This document shows, one piece after another, positions 28,443 through 38,670 of a DNA stretch of 64,000 nucleotides. The DNA is from Alphaproteobacteria bacterium (GTDB lineage Bacteria; Pseudomonadota; Alphaproteobacteria; CACIAM-22H2). The DNA is taken from assembly GCA_036394195.1 (NCBI GenBank), contig DASWFO010000245.1:2231-66230 (forward strand). The letters run 5' to 3'. The position numbers and the translations under genes were made by a program. The notes beneath the pieces are model-generated. The model had not been told where the DNA came from and did no database searches. It worked only from the letters and a program-made list of their open reading frames with translations. Position 1 is the stretch's first letter. The number at the start of each line of letters is the position of its first letter.

Positions 28443-28480
28443 ATAAAAAAATCCCCCCGGCGCGCGCGGCGGGGGGGCCT
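28443..28480 (-). terminator. rho-independent terminator of the 28582..28791 gene
   Basis: On the minus strand, a GC-rich hairpin (ccccccgccgcgcgcgccgggggg, imperfect) is followed by TTTTTTTAT, ~100 nt downstream of the stop. Confidence 0.6.
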
Positions 28481-28581
28481 AGCGCGGCCGGGGGGACTGG
28501 CAGCCGCGGCGTCAGGGGCACCGCGGTGCAACGCCCGAGGCGGCGGGGGGAGCTGCCTCGGGCGCCGAACGTCAGGCGGGG

Positions 28582-28791
28582 TTACTTCTTCACCGCCTCG
28601 GCAGAATTCGTCGCCTTGCTGTCGGACTTCTCGGCCTTGTGCTGCACCGTCTTGTGCGCAGGCTTCGCTGTCTTCGACGGGGAAGCGGCCGGCGCCGGAG
28701 TGGTCGGGCTGTTGGTCTGGGCGAACGCGGCGGTCGTCAGGCCGAAACCGGCGGCCAGCGCAATCGCGAGAGCGAGAGTGGAGATTTTCAT
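28582..28791 (-). CDS. small secreted basic low-complexity protein (69 aa)
   Basis: Trimmed to ATG at 28791. Signal peptide MKISTLALAIALAAGFGLTTAAFA, then a P/A/S/K-rich tail (QTNSPTTPAPAASPSKTAKPAHKTVQHKAEKSDSKATNSAEAVKK). Confidence 0.65.
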   Translation of the reverse strand: MKISTLALAIALAAGFGLTTAAFAQTNSPTTPAPAASPSKTAKPAHKTVQHKAEKSDSKATNSAEAVKK

Positions 28792-28925
28792 TGAGGAGGC
28801 TCCTTGAAATTTGTCGCCGGCGAATGCCGGTCTCTCCCACAACGCTGCACACGGCCCGATCTATTCCGCGATCCTCTAAAAGATACGCGGTAATTGCGGC
28901 GGGAATACGGCGCGGTTAACGCGCG

Positions 28926-29777
28926 TTATTTCCCGAGCAAGCCTTTGAGCTGGTCGCCGACATTGCCGCCCACACCGGCCTTTCCGAGCTGCTCCTGCAC
29001 CACGCCGCCGAGGTTCTTCTGCAGCTCGGCCACCGCCGTTTTCTGCGCCTGATCGGTGATCGCGGTGATGATGAGCTGGGTCACCTCGGCCGGTGTCGCA
29101 CCGCCCTCTTTGCGGCCAATGTCGGCGAGGTGCAGCGGCGGAAGGGTGGTCTTCAGGGTGCGGCCCTGCAGCACGGTCGCGGCCACCGTCACCTCGCCGC
29201 CGCGGACGTCGAGACTGTCGATGATGAGCTTGCGCTCATCGGCCTTCGCCGCCGGCGCCGGAGATGAGGGCGACGATGGGGCCGCGGACGATTGCGGCTG
29301 CGGCGATGGCGGCGAGCTGCTCGACGGCGTCGGATTGGCGCCGGTACCGGTGCTCGACTTTGCCGACGCCGAGCCGCCGGCATATTGAGTCACGTTCTGC
29401 TGGATCTTCTGCAGGTTGCCGCCGGAGGACCCCTGCTCGTACGTCACCTTCGGGCCGTCGATCACCACCTGCTTGATCACCACCGGGTTCTTCGTGATCG
29501 TCCCGGTGTCGACGGTCAGCGAGATCGAGCCGAGCTCGAAGGCATGGGGCGCGGAGAAGCCTTTCGGATTGCCGATGACCAGATCGGAGATCGAGCCCTC
29601 GCCGCTCGAGGCGGACAGCGTCACCGAGTTCACCGTAACCTGAGCCTGCGTCGCTTCGCTGCCGTACTTCTCGATCCCGGCTTTGATGATCGCGCCGATA
29701 TTCGAGTAGAGGAAGAAAACGCCCGCCGCGACGACGGCGATCAACACCACCACGCCGATGATGATCTTCTTGGCCAT
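28926..29777 (-). CDS. N-terminally anchored envelope protein with Ser/Pro-rich linker (function unknown)
   Basis: 283 aa; MAKKIIIGVVVLIAVVAAGVFFLY TM anchor, a beta-rich segment, PTPSSSSPPSPQPQSSAAPSSPSSPAPA linker and a conserved-looking C-terminal domain. Confidence 0.7.
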   Translation of the reverse strand: MAKKIIIGVVVLIAVVAAGVFFLYSNIGAIIKAGIEKYGSEATQAQVTVNSVTLSASSGEGSISDLVIGNPKGFSAPHAFELGSISLTVDTGTITKNPVVIKQVVIDGPKVTYEQGSSGGNLQKIQQNVTQYAGGSASAKSSTGTGANPTPSSSSPPSPQPQSSAAPSSPSSPAPAAKADERKLIIDSLDVRGGEVTVAATVLQGRTLKTTLPPLHLADIGRKEGGATPAEVTQLIITAITDQAQKTAVAELQKNLGGVVQEQLGKAGVGGNVGDQLKGLLGK

Positions 29778-29889
29778 GTGATTCTCCTGCTAAACGAGAT
29801 GCGCCCCGCGCTCCGCCGCGGCCGCGACGGGAGGGCGGGGCGCACCCATGGACCTGTTGATCATTGCAGCGCGGCGCGCCGCAACGCAC

Positions 29890-30096
29890 TTAACCGCGCC
29901 GCGTGCGATTCCAGGGGCAGTTCGCCTTGCTGGCCTGAGTCGCATCGTATTGGCCGGACGTATTCGGATACTGCCGGTAGACCACCGAGCCATCCGGCAT
30001 GCACACCGGGTCCAGGAACGAACCCTGCGGCTCGGAGCGGCCACCACCACAGGCGGCAAGGGTCAACAGACCGAGAACCAAAACGGCATAACGCAT
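29890..30096 (-). CDS. small lipoprotein (68 aa)
   Basis: MRYAVLVLGLLTLAAC lipobox (LAAC); two further Cys residues in the mature part. Confidence 0.6.
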   Translation of the reverse strand: MRYAVLVLGLLTLAACGGGRSEPQGSFLDPVCMPDGSVVYRQYPNTSGQYDATQASKANCPWNRTRRG

Positions 30097-30330
30097 ACTT
30101 ATCTCCTCTCCTGATTTGATCCCTGTTGCCCCGCACTACTGTGATATGGCTGCTTTCAGCCAAAATTGGATCGAATCCTAGGCCTTTCAATGCGTCCAAT
30201 GGGTTCAAACAGCGTGTCGAAAAAATGTCACAGCCGACTCGGAATCGGACGCGGCTTGTGCAGACCGCGACTCGACGCCGGCGGGACAAACCGCGACGCC
30301 TAAATGTTGAGATAATCGCCAGTGAAGAAG

Positions 30331-30407
30331 TGGCGCGCCCGGAGAGATTCGAACTCCCAACCCCCAGATCCGTAGTCTGGTGCTCTATCCAGTTGAGCTA
30401 CGGGCGC
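30331..30407 (-). tRNA. tRNA-Arg (anticodon ACG), CCA encoded
   Basis: Reverse complement GCGCCCGTAGCTCAACTGGATAGAGCACCAGACTACGGATCTGGGGGTTGGGAGTTCGAATCTCTCCGGGCGCGCCA folds as a cloverleaf: 7-bp acceptor stem, anticodon loop CT-ACG-GA, GTTCGAATC T-loop. Confidence 0.93.
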
Positions 30408-30634
30408 AAGTTCGGCAGACAATCAGCGCCAAACGGCGCCAATCCGCGAAAGGTGCGGGACACTACTTGATGAGGGGCGCCCGGCGCAAGCGCCGTGCCC
30501 TGGCGGCAACGGTCATTCGCGAACCCGCGTCAGGCCTACTAAATATGGGGTGTGGGCCCTAGTTTCGCCTTGTCCACTTTCAGGGCATTCGTTACCATGA
30601 TCCGCCGATAAAAAACGGCGCAGGGGCAAATTAC

Positions 30635-31975
30635 ATGCATTTTACTGTTTCGACGGGCGCTCCGGTGGGGGAGTCCCGTCGTTCTGTGACAATTCTCAGT
30701 CACAGTGGCCGCGCGCTCGCAGCGCTCCTTTGCCTAGGGACAGCGCTGACGCTCGGGGCGTGCAGCTATGCCTCCGAAGCGTTGTGGCCGTCACTCACGG
30801 GCCAGGACCCACGGAGCAGTGACGCGGCCCCGGCGCGTTCGCCATCGCCAAGCCCGCCGCCGGCGCGCACCAGCAACGGCACGCCCTCCCCAGCCGCCTC
30901 GTCGCAGTCGGCCCCGGCGATCGCGTCGCAACCCGTAGCACCAGCACCGGCCCCTGTCCGCACGGCCTCGAGCACCAGCCTGTCGCAGGCGGCACCGCCC
31001 GCCGCCGCGACGCCTTCAATCGGACAGACAGAAGTCGGCCGGCGCGCGGCGCAGTTGAACGCGGACGCGCAGAAACTCGACGGCTCGGTGGCCGCCCGCG
31101 TCGCCGCGGTGCAGCAGATTCGCGCCGACGCCGTGCAGACCGCTCAGACCTATCAGCAGCTTGTCGGCACGATCAACGCCAGGCTCCAGGTCGGCACCAC
31201 GCCCGGCAACCCGATCCTGCAGCAGCAATGGAATCAGGCGAACGCGGCGCTCGACAATTTCGGCGCCGAGATCGGCCGCATGTCCGAGTTGTCGAACCAG
31301 GTCGCCGCCGACGCCTCGACCGCCGCGTTCCTGCTCGAATCGGTACGCGCCGCCTACAGCCTCTCAGGCGCTGTCGAGGAAGACCACAAGGCTCTGGCGG
31401 CCGTCGAAGACAAGGTCAACCGCGAGGTCGTCACCATCGACCGCATGCTCAATGACCTCAGCGAGGATATCAGCCGGCAGTCGGCCTATATGAGCCGCGA
31501 GCGCAGCAACATGACGGCGCTGTCAATCGCGATCAAGAACGGCGAGCTGTTCGGCGCCGGCCTGGCCAATCGCGCCTTCTCCCCCGCCTCGCCCGTCGAC
31601 GGCTCCCCGGCAAGGCTCGGTGTCAGCCCCGGCGCCGCCCCCCGCGGCGTCGATCCCTCGGCCTCGGCGATCGGCCGCCGGCCGCTGGTGGTCATCCGCT
31701 TCGACCGCCCCAACCCGTCCTATGAGCAGGCGCTGTACACGGCGGTGAGCCGGGCGATGGAACGGCGCCCGAACGCGGTGTTCGATCTGGTCGCGGTCAG
31801 CCCCGGACGGGGCAACCAGGCGCAGGTGGCACTCGCCTCTGCCAATGCCAAGCGCCAGGCCGAGACGGTCATGCGCTCGCTCACCGACATGGGATTGCCG
31901 CCCGACCGCGTCACCCTGTCGGCGTCGACCAGCGCGCAGACGCAAACCAACGAGGTCCAGCTCTTCGTTCGCTGA
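30635..31975 (+). CDS. large lipoprotein: P/A/S-rich linker, coiled-coil region, degenerate OmpA-like C-terminal domain
   Basis: 446 aa; lipobox LTLGAC; low-complexity SPSPSPPPARTSNGTPSPAASSQSAPA. C-terminus VVIRFDRPNP...ANAKRQAETVMRSLTDMGLPPDRVTLSA resembles OmpA_C peptidoglycan-binding modules. Confidence 0.7.
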   Translation: MHFTVSTGAPVGESRRSVTILSHSGRALAALLCLGTALTLGACSYASEALWPSLTGQDPRSSDAAPARSPSPSPPPARTSNGTPSPAASSQSAPAIASQPVAPAPAPVRTASSTSLSQAAPPAAATPSIGQTEVGRRAAQLNADAQKLDGSVAARVAAVQQIRADAVQTAQTYQQLVGTINARLQVGTTPGNPILQQQWNQANAALDNFGAEIGRMSELSNQVAADASTAAFLLESVRAAYSLSGAVEEDHKALAAVEDKVNREVVTIDRMLNDLSEDISRQSAYMSRERSNMTALSIAIKNGELFGAGLANRAFSPASPVDGSPARLGVSPGAAPRGVDPSASAIGRRPLVVIRFDRPNPSYEQALYTAVSRAMERRPNAVFDLVAVSPGRGNQAQVALASANAKRQAETVMRSLTDMGLPPDRVTLSASTSAQTQTNEVQLFVR

Positions 31976-31995
31976 CCGCCGGCTAACCGATCAAA

Positions 31996-32028
31996 GGCCG
32001 CTCCTTGGGGAGCGGCCTTTTTTCTTTT
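31996..32028 (+). terminator. rho-independent terminator
   Basis: ggccgctcc-ttgg-ggagcggcc perfect 9-bp stem followed by TTTTTTCTTTT, 20 nt after the 30635..31975 stop. Confidence 0.85.
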
Positions 32029-32090
32029 AAGCTTCGGTCTGGCGACGATCCGAGGCCTCCCGAATTCGAGGCCCGCAATTCGAGGCATCA

Positions 32091-32612
32091 ATGGCCAGTC
32101 CTCCCCCTTACACCAAGATGTTTCCGGTCTCCTGGCACGAACTGCATCGCGACGCCAAGGCGCTGGCGTGGAAGCTGGTCACCGGCGGCCCGTGGCAGGG
32201 AATTATCGCGATCACCCGCGGCGGCTTGGTGCCGGCCGCGATCGTCGCGCGCGAGCTCGATGTCCGGCTGATCGATACGGTATCGATCGCGAGTTACGAT
32301 CACATGAGCCAGCACGCGGGACGGATCATCAAGGGGATCGTGCCCGGCGTGGTCGGCGATGCCGCACAGGCGAAACGCTGGCTCATCGTCGACGACCTCG
32401 TCGACACCGGCGGGACGGCACGGCTGGTGCGCGAGCTGGTGCCCGGCGCGCATTTCGCGACCGTCTATGCGAAGCCCGCCGGCAAGCCGATGGTCGACAC
32501 CTACGTGACCGAGGTCAGCCAGGACACCTGGATCCTGTTCCCCTGGGACACCGAGCCGCAATTCGCGCCCCCGATTGCCGGCACGACCTCGGCGCCGGGG
32601 GCGGGACGCTGA
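32091..32612 (+). CDS. gpt: xanthine-guanine phosphoribosyltransferase
   Basis: 173 aa; FPVSWHELHRDAKALAWKL, IIAITRGGLVPAAIVAREL, LIVDDLVDTGGTA (PRPP loop) and WILFPWD. Confidence 0.9.
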   Translation: MASPPPYTKMFPVSWHELHRDAKALAWKLVTGGPWQGIIAITRGGLVPAAIVARELDVRLIDTVSIASYDHMSQHAGRIIKGIVPGVVGDAAQAKRWLIVDDLVDTGGTARLVRELVPGAHFATVYAKPAGKPMVDTYVTEVSQDTWILFPWDTEPQFAPPIAGTTSAPGAGR

Positions 32613-32638
32613 ACACGACCCGCGCGAGCGGCGCCCCC

Positions 32639-33535
32639 GTGCTCGGGCCGGCGCTGATCCTCGCCTTGGCCGTCGGCTGGGGCCTGAACTGGCCGGTGAT
32701 GAAGATCGGCCTCCTCGAATTCCCGCTGTGGACGTTCCGCGGCTCGGCCTGTCTCGTGGCCGGTCTTTGCCTGCTGGCGCTCGCCCCCTTGGCCGGCGGG
32801 CGGGCGATACCGCGGTCCGGCGACTGGCGGAGCCTGGCGGTCGCCGCGTTCTTCAACGTCACGATCTGGCAGATCTTCATCGCCTATGGGCTGCGCCTCG
32901 TCGCCTCGGGCGAAGCGGCCCTCCTCGCCTTCACGATGCCGCTGTGGGCGGTGTTTCTCGGTCGCGTCGTGCTGGGCGAGACGCTGGGCTCCCGCGGCGG
33001 GGCGGCGCTTATCCTCGGCACGGCGGGAATCGTCGTCCTGCTGACGCGCGACTTCACGGCGCTTGCCCGCGCCCCCACCGGCGTCGCAATGGTCGTCATC
33101 GGCGCCGCCGCCTGGGCGGTCGGCACGCTGATCCAGAAGCGGCATCATACGTCGCTGACGACCGTGGCGCTGGCCGGCTGGCAGCTGACGCTGGGCGCCC
33201 TGCCGATGATGGTGATGATCCCGCTCCTCGAGGGCTGGCATCCGCCTGCGGTGAGCGTCGCGGCGTGGCTGTCGCTGACCTATACGACGTTCGTGGCGCT
33301 CGTGCTGTGCTGGTACCTGTGGTTCAAGATCGTCAGCCTGATGCCGATGAACATCGCGTCCATCAGCACTCTGCTGGTGCCGGCCGTCGGCGTGATCAGC
33401 GGCGCGTTAATGCTGCACGAAGAGATCGGCGTTCGCGAGATCCTGGCGCTGGCGCTGATCGCGACGGCGCTGGCCCTGGTCCTCACCCGGCCCGCCGCCC
33501 CGGCGGCCGCCGCCGACCAGGTTACACCCGGTTAG
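32639..33535 (+). CDS. DMT superfamily (EamA-like) transporter
   Basis: In frame with track ORF 32168..33535, whose 5-prime part lies inside gpt. The first plausible start after gpt is GTG at 32639. Ten predicted TM helices with two EamA repeats. Start uncertain. Confidence 0.7.
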   Translation: MLGPALILALAVGWGLNWPVMKIGLLEFPLWTFRGSACLVAGLCLLALAPLAGGRAIPRSGDWRSLAVAAFFNVTIWQIFIAYGLRLVASGEAALLAFTMPLWAVFLGRVVLGETLGSRGGAALILGTAGIVVLLTRDFTALARAPTGVAMVVIGAAAWAVGTLIQKRHHTSLTTVALAGWQLTLGALPMMVMIPLLEGWHPPAVSVAAWLSLTYTTFVALVLCWYLWFKIVSLMPMNIASISTLLVPAVGVISGALMLHEEIGVREILALALIATALALVLTRPAAPAAAADQVTPG

Positions 33536-34827
33536 CCGCCGCAGAGCAGCGAGAGCGTGGCGGCCGCCATCACCTTCGCCGACGCGATCATGTCGTCGAT
33601 GACCACGAACTCGTCGGGCTGATGGGCGAGCTCGAGAATCCCGGGGCCGTACGCGACGCAGTCGTGCAGATGGCCGATGCGGCTCACGTGCTTCTGGTCG
33701 TAGGTGCCGGGACTGGCGATATGGCTGGGGCGGCGGCCGAGCACGCGCAGGATCGCGCCGTCGAGGGCGCGAACCACCGGTGCCATCTCGTCGGTCATGG
33801 TCGGATGGAAGGTCATGATGTCGCGCAAAGACCAGGCAAGCCCCGGCCGCTCGCGCACGACGCGCTCGGCGAGCTCCACGATCTCGCGCTTGACGTCGTC
33901 GAGAGTCTCTTCGAGCAGGAACCGCCGGTCGAGGATCAGCCGGCACGAATCCGCCACCAGCGGACTCGGCAGCCCGGCGTAGCTCTCCGACAGTCCACCG
34001 TGCAGCGAGTTGTAGTTGAGGGTCGAGGCGCGCGCCCCGACCGGCTCGACGGGCATACGGGTGCGACGCGCATCAAGCTTGGGATACAGCTCGGCCTCGA
34101 CCGCCGCGAGAAACGCCGTCATGCCGCGGATGGCGCTGACGCCGAGGAACGGCATCGATCCATGCGCCACCCGGCCGCGCATCTCGAGCTCGGCCCACCA
34201 CACGCCGCGATGGCCGAGGCAGACGCGGTCGACGTTCAGCGGCTCGGGGATGATCACGTGATCGACCCGCGGCGGCGAGAAGTAGCCGCGCTCGGCGAGC
34301 CAGGCGACGCCGCCGAACCCGCCGCTTTCCTCGTCGACCGTCCCGGAGATTTCAATCGCGCCCGGCCACGGCATGCCCTCGTCCAGCATCGATTCGACGG
34401 CGACGATGGCGGCCGCCAAGCCACCTTTCATGTCGCAGGCGCCGCGCCCGTAGAGCCTGCCGTCGCGGACGACGGCCGCGAATGGATCGACCGTCCAGCC
34501 CTGCCCCGGCTCGACGACGTCGATGTGACCGTTGAAATGCACGCACCGGCCGGTGCCCGAACCCTCGATGCGCGCCACCACGTTGATCCGCGGATGGCGG
34601 TCGCAATCGCCTGGGGTCCCGACGGCGCGCGGATATTCGACGCGGAAGCCGCGCGACGCCAGGCGGCGGCCAACGAGCTCCGCGCAGGCCCCGTAGGCGT
34701 CGCCCGGCGGGTTGACCGTCGGGAGTCGCACCAGATCGCGCGCCAGCGCCACCAGATCATCGCGGCGCGCTTCGATGCGGGTGAAAAGACGCTCGACGTG
34801 CGAGCCGTCAAGCGTGGCCTTGATCAT
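33532..34827 (-). CDS. M20 family metallohydrolase (ArgE/DapE-like deacylase)
   Basis: 431 aa; NGHIDVV, GRGACDMKGGLAA and DEESGG motifs of the ArgE/DapE/ACY1 family. Confidence 0.85.
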   Translation of the reverse strand: MIKATLDGSHVERLFTRIEARRDDLVALARDLVRLPTVNPPGDAYGACAELVGRRLASRGFRVEYPRAVGTPGDCDRHPRINVVARIEGSGTGRCVHFNGHIDVVEPGQGWTVDPFAAVVRDGRLYGRGACDMKGGLAAAIVAVESMLDEGMPWPGAIEISGTVDEESGGFGGVAWLAERGYFSPPRVDHVIIPEPLNVDRVCLGHRGVWWAELEMRGRVAHGSMPFLGVSAIRGMTAFLAAVEAELYPKLDARRTRMPVEPVGARASTLNYNSLHGGLSESYAGLPSPLVADSCRLILDRRFLLEETLDDVKREIVELAERVVRERPGLAWSLRDIMTFHPTMTDEMAPVVRALDGAILRVLGRRPSHIASPGTYDQKHVSRIGHLHDCVAYGPGILELAHQPDEFVVIDDMIASAKVMAAATLSLLCGG

Positions 34828-34889
34828 ACGAAGAGGCTAGAAGTCGGAGCGGTTGAGGTCAAATGCAACTGCCTCTATATGACGTGACC

Positions 34890-35549
34890 ATGGCCTGTCC
34901 GCTCTGGCGCATCCTCCTCGTCCTCGCAATCCTGGTGCCAATCGGCGGCGCGGCACGGGCCGATCCTGTTCCCGCCGCGATCAACTTTGTCGTGAAGCGG
35001 GACGGGACGTCGATCGGCACGCATCGCTTGTCCTTCCGCTCGGAGCAGACCGTCGACGGCGAGCGGCTGTTCGTCGACATCGCCATCGAAATCAAGGTCG
35101 TCGTCGCGTTCATCACCATTTACACGTACAAATTCGAGGGCCGCGAGGTCTGGGACGGGGAGCGGCTGGTCGTGCTCGAAACCTACACCAACGACAACGG
35201 CACCAAGCTCGACGTACATGTTCGCGCCGCCGCCGATGGGCTTCATGTCGACGCCACCGATGTCCACTATGTCGCAGCACCGGACATGCTGCCGGACAGC
35301 TATTGGCGCACCGACACCGTCAAGCACACGCGCTTCATCGATATCGAAAACGGGCAACTGACCACGCTCGTGTCGGAACCCGCGGGACGGCGCGCGGTCA
35401 ATGTCGCCGGCCGGATGGCCGAGACGGACATCTACAAGCTGTCGGGCGAGATCGAGGGTGAGCTCGGCTACACGCCCGCCGGCGAATGGACGCTCCTCCG
35501 CTTCAAGAGCCACGGCTCGAACATCCTCTACGTCCGCGAGGCCCCCTGA
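34890..35549 (+). CDS. secreted conserved hypothetical, beta-rich
   Basis: ATG at 34890 (MACPLWRILLVLAILVPIGGAARA signal peptide). No catalytic motif recognised. Confidence 0.6.
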   Translation: MACPLWRILLVLAILVPIGGAARADPVPAAINFVVKRDGTSIGTHRLSFRSEQTVDGERLFVDIAIEIKVVVAFITIYTYKFEGREVWDGERLVVLETYTNDNGTKLDVHVRAAADGLHVDATDVHYVAAPDMLPDSYWRTDTVKHTRFIDIENGQLTTLVSEPAGRRAVNVAGRMAETDIYKLSGEIEGELGYTPAGEWTLLRFKSHGSNILYVREAP

Positions 35550-35579
35550 GAGCCTAGCTGTTTTCTAACGCGCACGGGT

Positions 35580-37451
35580 TTGCTAGGAATGCGGGAGCGG
35601 CGGGGTTCGCCGCCCACAATCGCGAGCGAGGAGATCAGAGTGACAACCGGTGCGGTGGGCGCGCGGGACGGGGTCCCGCGGCGGGCTCTGCCTCGCGTGC
35701 TTCTGGCGGCGCTGGTCGCGCTATGGACCACGCTGGCCGCGGCGCAAGAGCCGGCCGAGCCGGAGGGCCCGAGCGGTTTCACCCCCCAGCGGGCCGCGGT
35801 CGCCACCAAGCACATGGCCGTGGCGGCCAATCCGCTGGCCGCCGAAGCCGGACGCGAGATCCTGCGGCTCGGCGGCAGCGCCGTCGACGCGGTGATCGCG
35901 ATGCAGATGGTGCTGACCCTCGTCGAGCCGCAATCCTCGGGCCTCGGCGGCGGCGGCTTCCTGCTTCAATACGATGCGTCGCGCAAGACCGTGACCACCT
36001 ATGACGGCCGCGAGACCGCACCCGCCGCCGCGACGGCCGATATGTTCCTCGACGAGGCCGGCCAGCCCCTCCCGTTCAGCGAAGCCTCGGTCGGCGGCAG
36101 GGCGGTGGCGACGCCGGGGGTCCTGCGGATGCTGGAAATGGCACACCGCGACCACGGCCGGCTGCCCTGGTCGCGGCTGTTCGAGCCGGCGATGCGGCTG
36201 GCGGAATCCGGATTCACGATCACGCCGCGGCTCCACAAGCTCATCGAAGACAATCCGCAGCTGCGCGAGATGCCGGGGGCGGCGGCGTATTTCTACGACA
36301 AAAGTCTCGAGCCGCGGGCGGTCGGCCAGCGACTCGAGAATCCGCAGCTCTTCGAGACGCTGCGCCTGATCGCCAACGGCGGCGCGGACGCGTTCTACCG
36401 CGGCCAGCTGGCGCGCGACATCGTGGCGGCGGCCACCGATCCGAAGCACCAGGGCGCATCGGCCCGTGCCGGGCGGCTGACGCTCGCCGATCTCGCCCTC
36501 TATCGCGCCATCAAGCGCGACCCCGTGTGCGGCATCTATCGCGGCCTGAAGGTCTGCGGCATGGGGCCGCCGTCATCGGGCGGAATCGCGGTCGCCCAGA
36601 TCCTGGGCATCCTCGACCATTTCACGCTCCGTGACCTGTCGCCGGATTCGCTGGAGGCGGTGCATCTGATCTCCGAGGCGAGTCGGCTCGCCTTCGCCGA
36701 TCGCGCGCGCTACGTGGCCGACAGCGACTTCGTGCATGTACCGGTCCGCCCCCTGCTCAGCAGCCACTATCTGCAACAACGGGCGGGGCTCATCTCGCTC
36801 ACCCGGACGATGGGCCGCGCCGAGGCGGGGCGGATCGGGGAGCAGAGCCGGCTGACCGGACCGGCGGTCGACGACTTGATCGAGGTGCCGACCACTACCC
36901 ACATGACCGCGGTCGACGCCGCCGGCAACGCGGCGTCGTTCACCAGCTCGATCGAGAATGCCTTTGGCTCTCGGGTCTTCGTCCGCGGCTTTCTGCTCAA
37001 CAATGAGATGACCGACTTCTCGCTACGCCCAAGCAACAACGGCGTGCCGGCGGCCAACCGGATCGAGCCCGGCAAGCGGCCGCGCAGCTCGATGTCGCCG
37101 ACCATCGTCACCGATCGCCAGGGTCGGCTCGTGCTGACGATCGGCTCGCCGGGGGCCGCCCGGATCATCCCTTATGTCGTCCAGACGCTGGTCGCCACGA
37201 TTGACTGGCGGCTCAACATCCAGCGCGCGGTCAGCCTGCCACATCACGTGAACCTGAACGGGCCCACCGAGCTCGAAAAGGGGACATCCCTGGTCGACCT
37301 CGCCGCGGCGCTGCGCGAACTCGGGCACGAGGTCGAGATCCGGCCCGAGACCAGCGGCCTTCACGGCATCATGGTGCTCCGCCTGGGCAACAAGACCGAG
37401 TATATCGGCGGCGCCGATCCGCGCCGCGAAGGTGTCGCGCTTGGCGATTGA
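35580..37451 (+). CDS. ggt: gamma-glutamyltransferase
   Basis: GGGGFLL, autoprocessing-site TTHMTAVD, and SSMSPTIV motifs. Start uncertain (TTG 35580, ATG 35589 or GTG 35640). Confidence 0.9.
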   Translation: MLGMRERRGSPPTIASEEIRVTTGAVGARDGVPRRALPRVLLAALVALWTTLAAAQEPAEPEGPSGFTPQRAAVATKHMAVAANPLAAEAGREILRLGGSAVDAVIAMQMVLTLVEPQSSGLGGGGFLLQYDASRKTVTTYDGRETAPAAATADMFLDEAGQPLPFSEASVGGRAVATPGVLRMLEMAHRDHGRLPWSRLFEPAMRLAESGFTITPRLHKLIEDNPQLREMPGAAAYFYDKSLEPRAVGQRLENPQLFETLRLIANGGADAFYRGQLARDIVAAATDPKHQGASARAGRLTLADLALYRAIKRDPVCGIYRGLKVCGMGPPSSGGIAVAQILGILDHFTLRDLSPDSLEAVHLISEASRLAFADRARYVADSDFVHVPVRPLLSSHYLQQRAGLISLTRTMGRAEAGRIGEQSRLTGPAVDDLIEVPTTTHMTAVDAAGNAASFTSSIENAFGSRVFVRGFLLNNEMTDFSLRPSNNGVPAANRIEPGKRPRSSMSPTIVTDRQGRLVLTIGSPGAARIIPYVVQTLVATIDWRLNIQRAVSLPHHVNLNGPTELEKGTSLVDLAAALRELGHEVEIRPETSGLHGIMVLRLGNKTEYIGGADPRREGVALGD

Positions 37452-38670
37452 GAAAGGGGCGCCTCAGACGGGGACGACGGACCGCGCCGGCCGTCCCGTC
37501 ATCCACCTGCAGCCGGGACGCCACAAGCGGGTGCGGGCAGGACATCCCTGGGTCTATTCCAACGAAGTGGTCATGGACGCCGCCGCCAAGGCGCTGCCGC
37601 CGGGGACGCTCGTGCGCCTCGCCGCCGCGAACGGCGAGCCGCTCGGTGCGGCGATGTTCAATCCGCGCACCCTGATCGCCGCGCGCCTCCTGCACCACGA
37701 CCCCGACGCCGCAATCGACACGGAGTTCTTCCGGCAACGCATCGCGGCGGCGACGGCGCTCCGCGAGCGCCTGTATCCAGGCGGTTTCTATCGCCTGATC
37801 CACGCCGAAGCCGACGGCCTGCCCGGCCTCGTCATCGACCGCTATGGGGAGGCGGTGGTCATCCAGGCGAACACCGCCGGCATGGACCGGCTGCTGCCCG
37901 ACATCCGGGACGCCCTCGACACCGTGCTGTCGCCGAACACGATCGTCTTGCGCAACGACAGCTCGGCTCGGACCTTGGAGGGCCTGAAAACCGAGGTCGC
38001 GGTCGCGAAAGGCGAGATCACCGGGCCGACCGAGTTGGTCGAAAACGGCGCGCGGTTCCTCGTCGACCTCCAGGGCGGGCAGAAGACCGGCTGGTTCTTC
38101 GACCAGCGCGACAACCGCGCGGCGGTGGCCCGGCTCGCCGCCGGCGCGCGGGTCGCCGATCTTTATTCGTACGGCGGCGGCTTCGCGGTGGCCGCGGCGC
38201 GGGCCGGTGCCGTCGAGGTCGCGGTCATCGATCGCTCCGCCCCCGCTCTCGAGCTCGCCGCCCAGTCGGCACGGCTCAACCAGGTCGACTCCGTCTGCCG
38301 CTTCGTCCGCGCGGAGGCGTTCGAGGAGCTCGAGCGCCGCGCCGCCGCCGGCGAACGCTTCGACATCGTCATCGCCGATCCGCCGGCGTTCGTGAAATCG
38401 CGCAAGGACCTGGCCGCCGGCTCGCGCGGCTATCGCAAGCTGGCGCGGCTCGCCGCCGCCATCGTGGCACCGGGCGGCCTGTTGTTCATCGCGTCGTGCT
38501 CGCACAACGTCGACCGCGCGACGTTCGACGACCAAGTGCAGCGCGGACTGATCGACGCCGGCCGCACCGGCCGCATCCTGCTGGCCAGCGGCGCCGCCGC
38601 GGACCATCCGGTCCATCCGGCCTTGCCGGAGTCGGTGTACCTGAAGGCGTCATTGATACAATTAGATTAG
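37432..38670 (+). CDS. rlmI: PUA-domain class I SAM-dependent rRNA methyltransferase (RlmI-like)
   Basis: 412 aa; GTG start overlaps the ggt 3-prime end by 20 nt. GRHKRVRAGHPWVYSNEV N-terminus, QKTGWFFDQRDNR and DIVIADPPAF motifs. Confidence 0.8.
   Translation: MSRLAIEKGAPQTGTTDRAGRPVIHLQPGRHKRVRAGHPWVYSNEVVMDAAAKALPPGTLVRLAAANGEPLGAAMFNPRTLIAARLLHHDPDAAIDTEFFRQRIAAATALRERLYPGGFYRLIHAEADGLPGLVIDRYGEAVVIQANTAGMDRLLPDIRDALDTVLSPNTIVLRNDSSARTLEGLKTEVAVAKGEITGPTELVENGARFLVDLQGGQKTGWFFDQRDNRAAVARLAAGARVADLYSYGGGFAVAAARAGAVEVAVIDRSAPALELAAQSARLNQVDSVCRFVRAEAFEELERRAAAGERFDIVIADPPAFVKSRKDLAAGSRGYRKLARLAAAIVAPGGLLFIASCSHNVDRATFDDQVQRGLIDAGRTGRILLASGAAADHPVHPALPESVYLKASLIQLD

Noticed and set aside
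30097-30634. Possible integrative element or att site at tRNA-Arg
   Set aside because: There is no integrase or excisionase ORF and no repeat of the tRNA 3-prime end on either side. Flanking genes are ordinary high-GC envelope proteins.
32575-34887. 770-aa plus-strand ORF
   Set aside because: It spans the EamA transporter in a wrong frame and the antisense of the M20 deacylase. There are no motifs, and the two real genes explain the region.
37369-38616. 415-aa minus-strand ORF, and similar shadows at 40946..42133, 39780..40697 and 4562..5980
   Set aside because: Each is opposite a motif-supported gene (rlmI-like, disulfide reductase, histidine kinase, DUF1028/DUF488) and has high-GC shadow composition.
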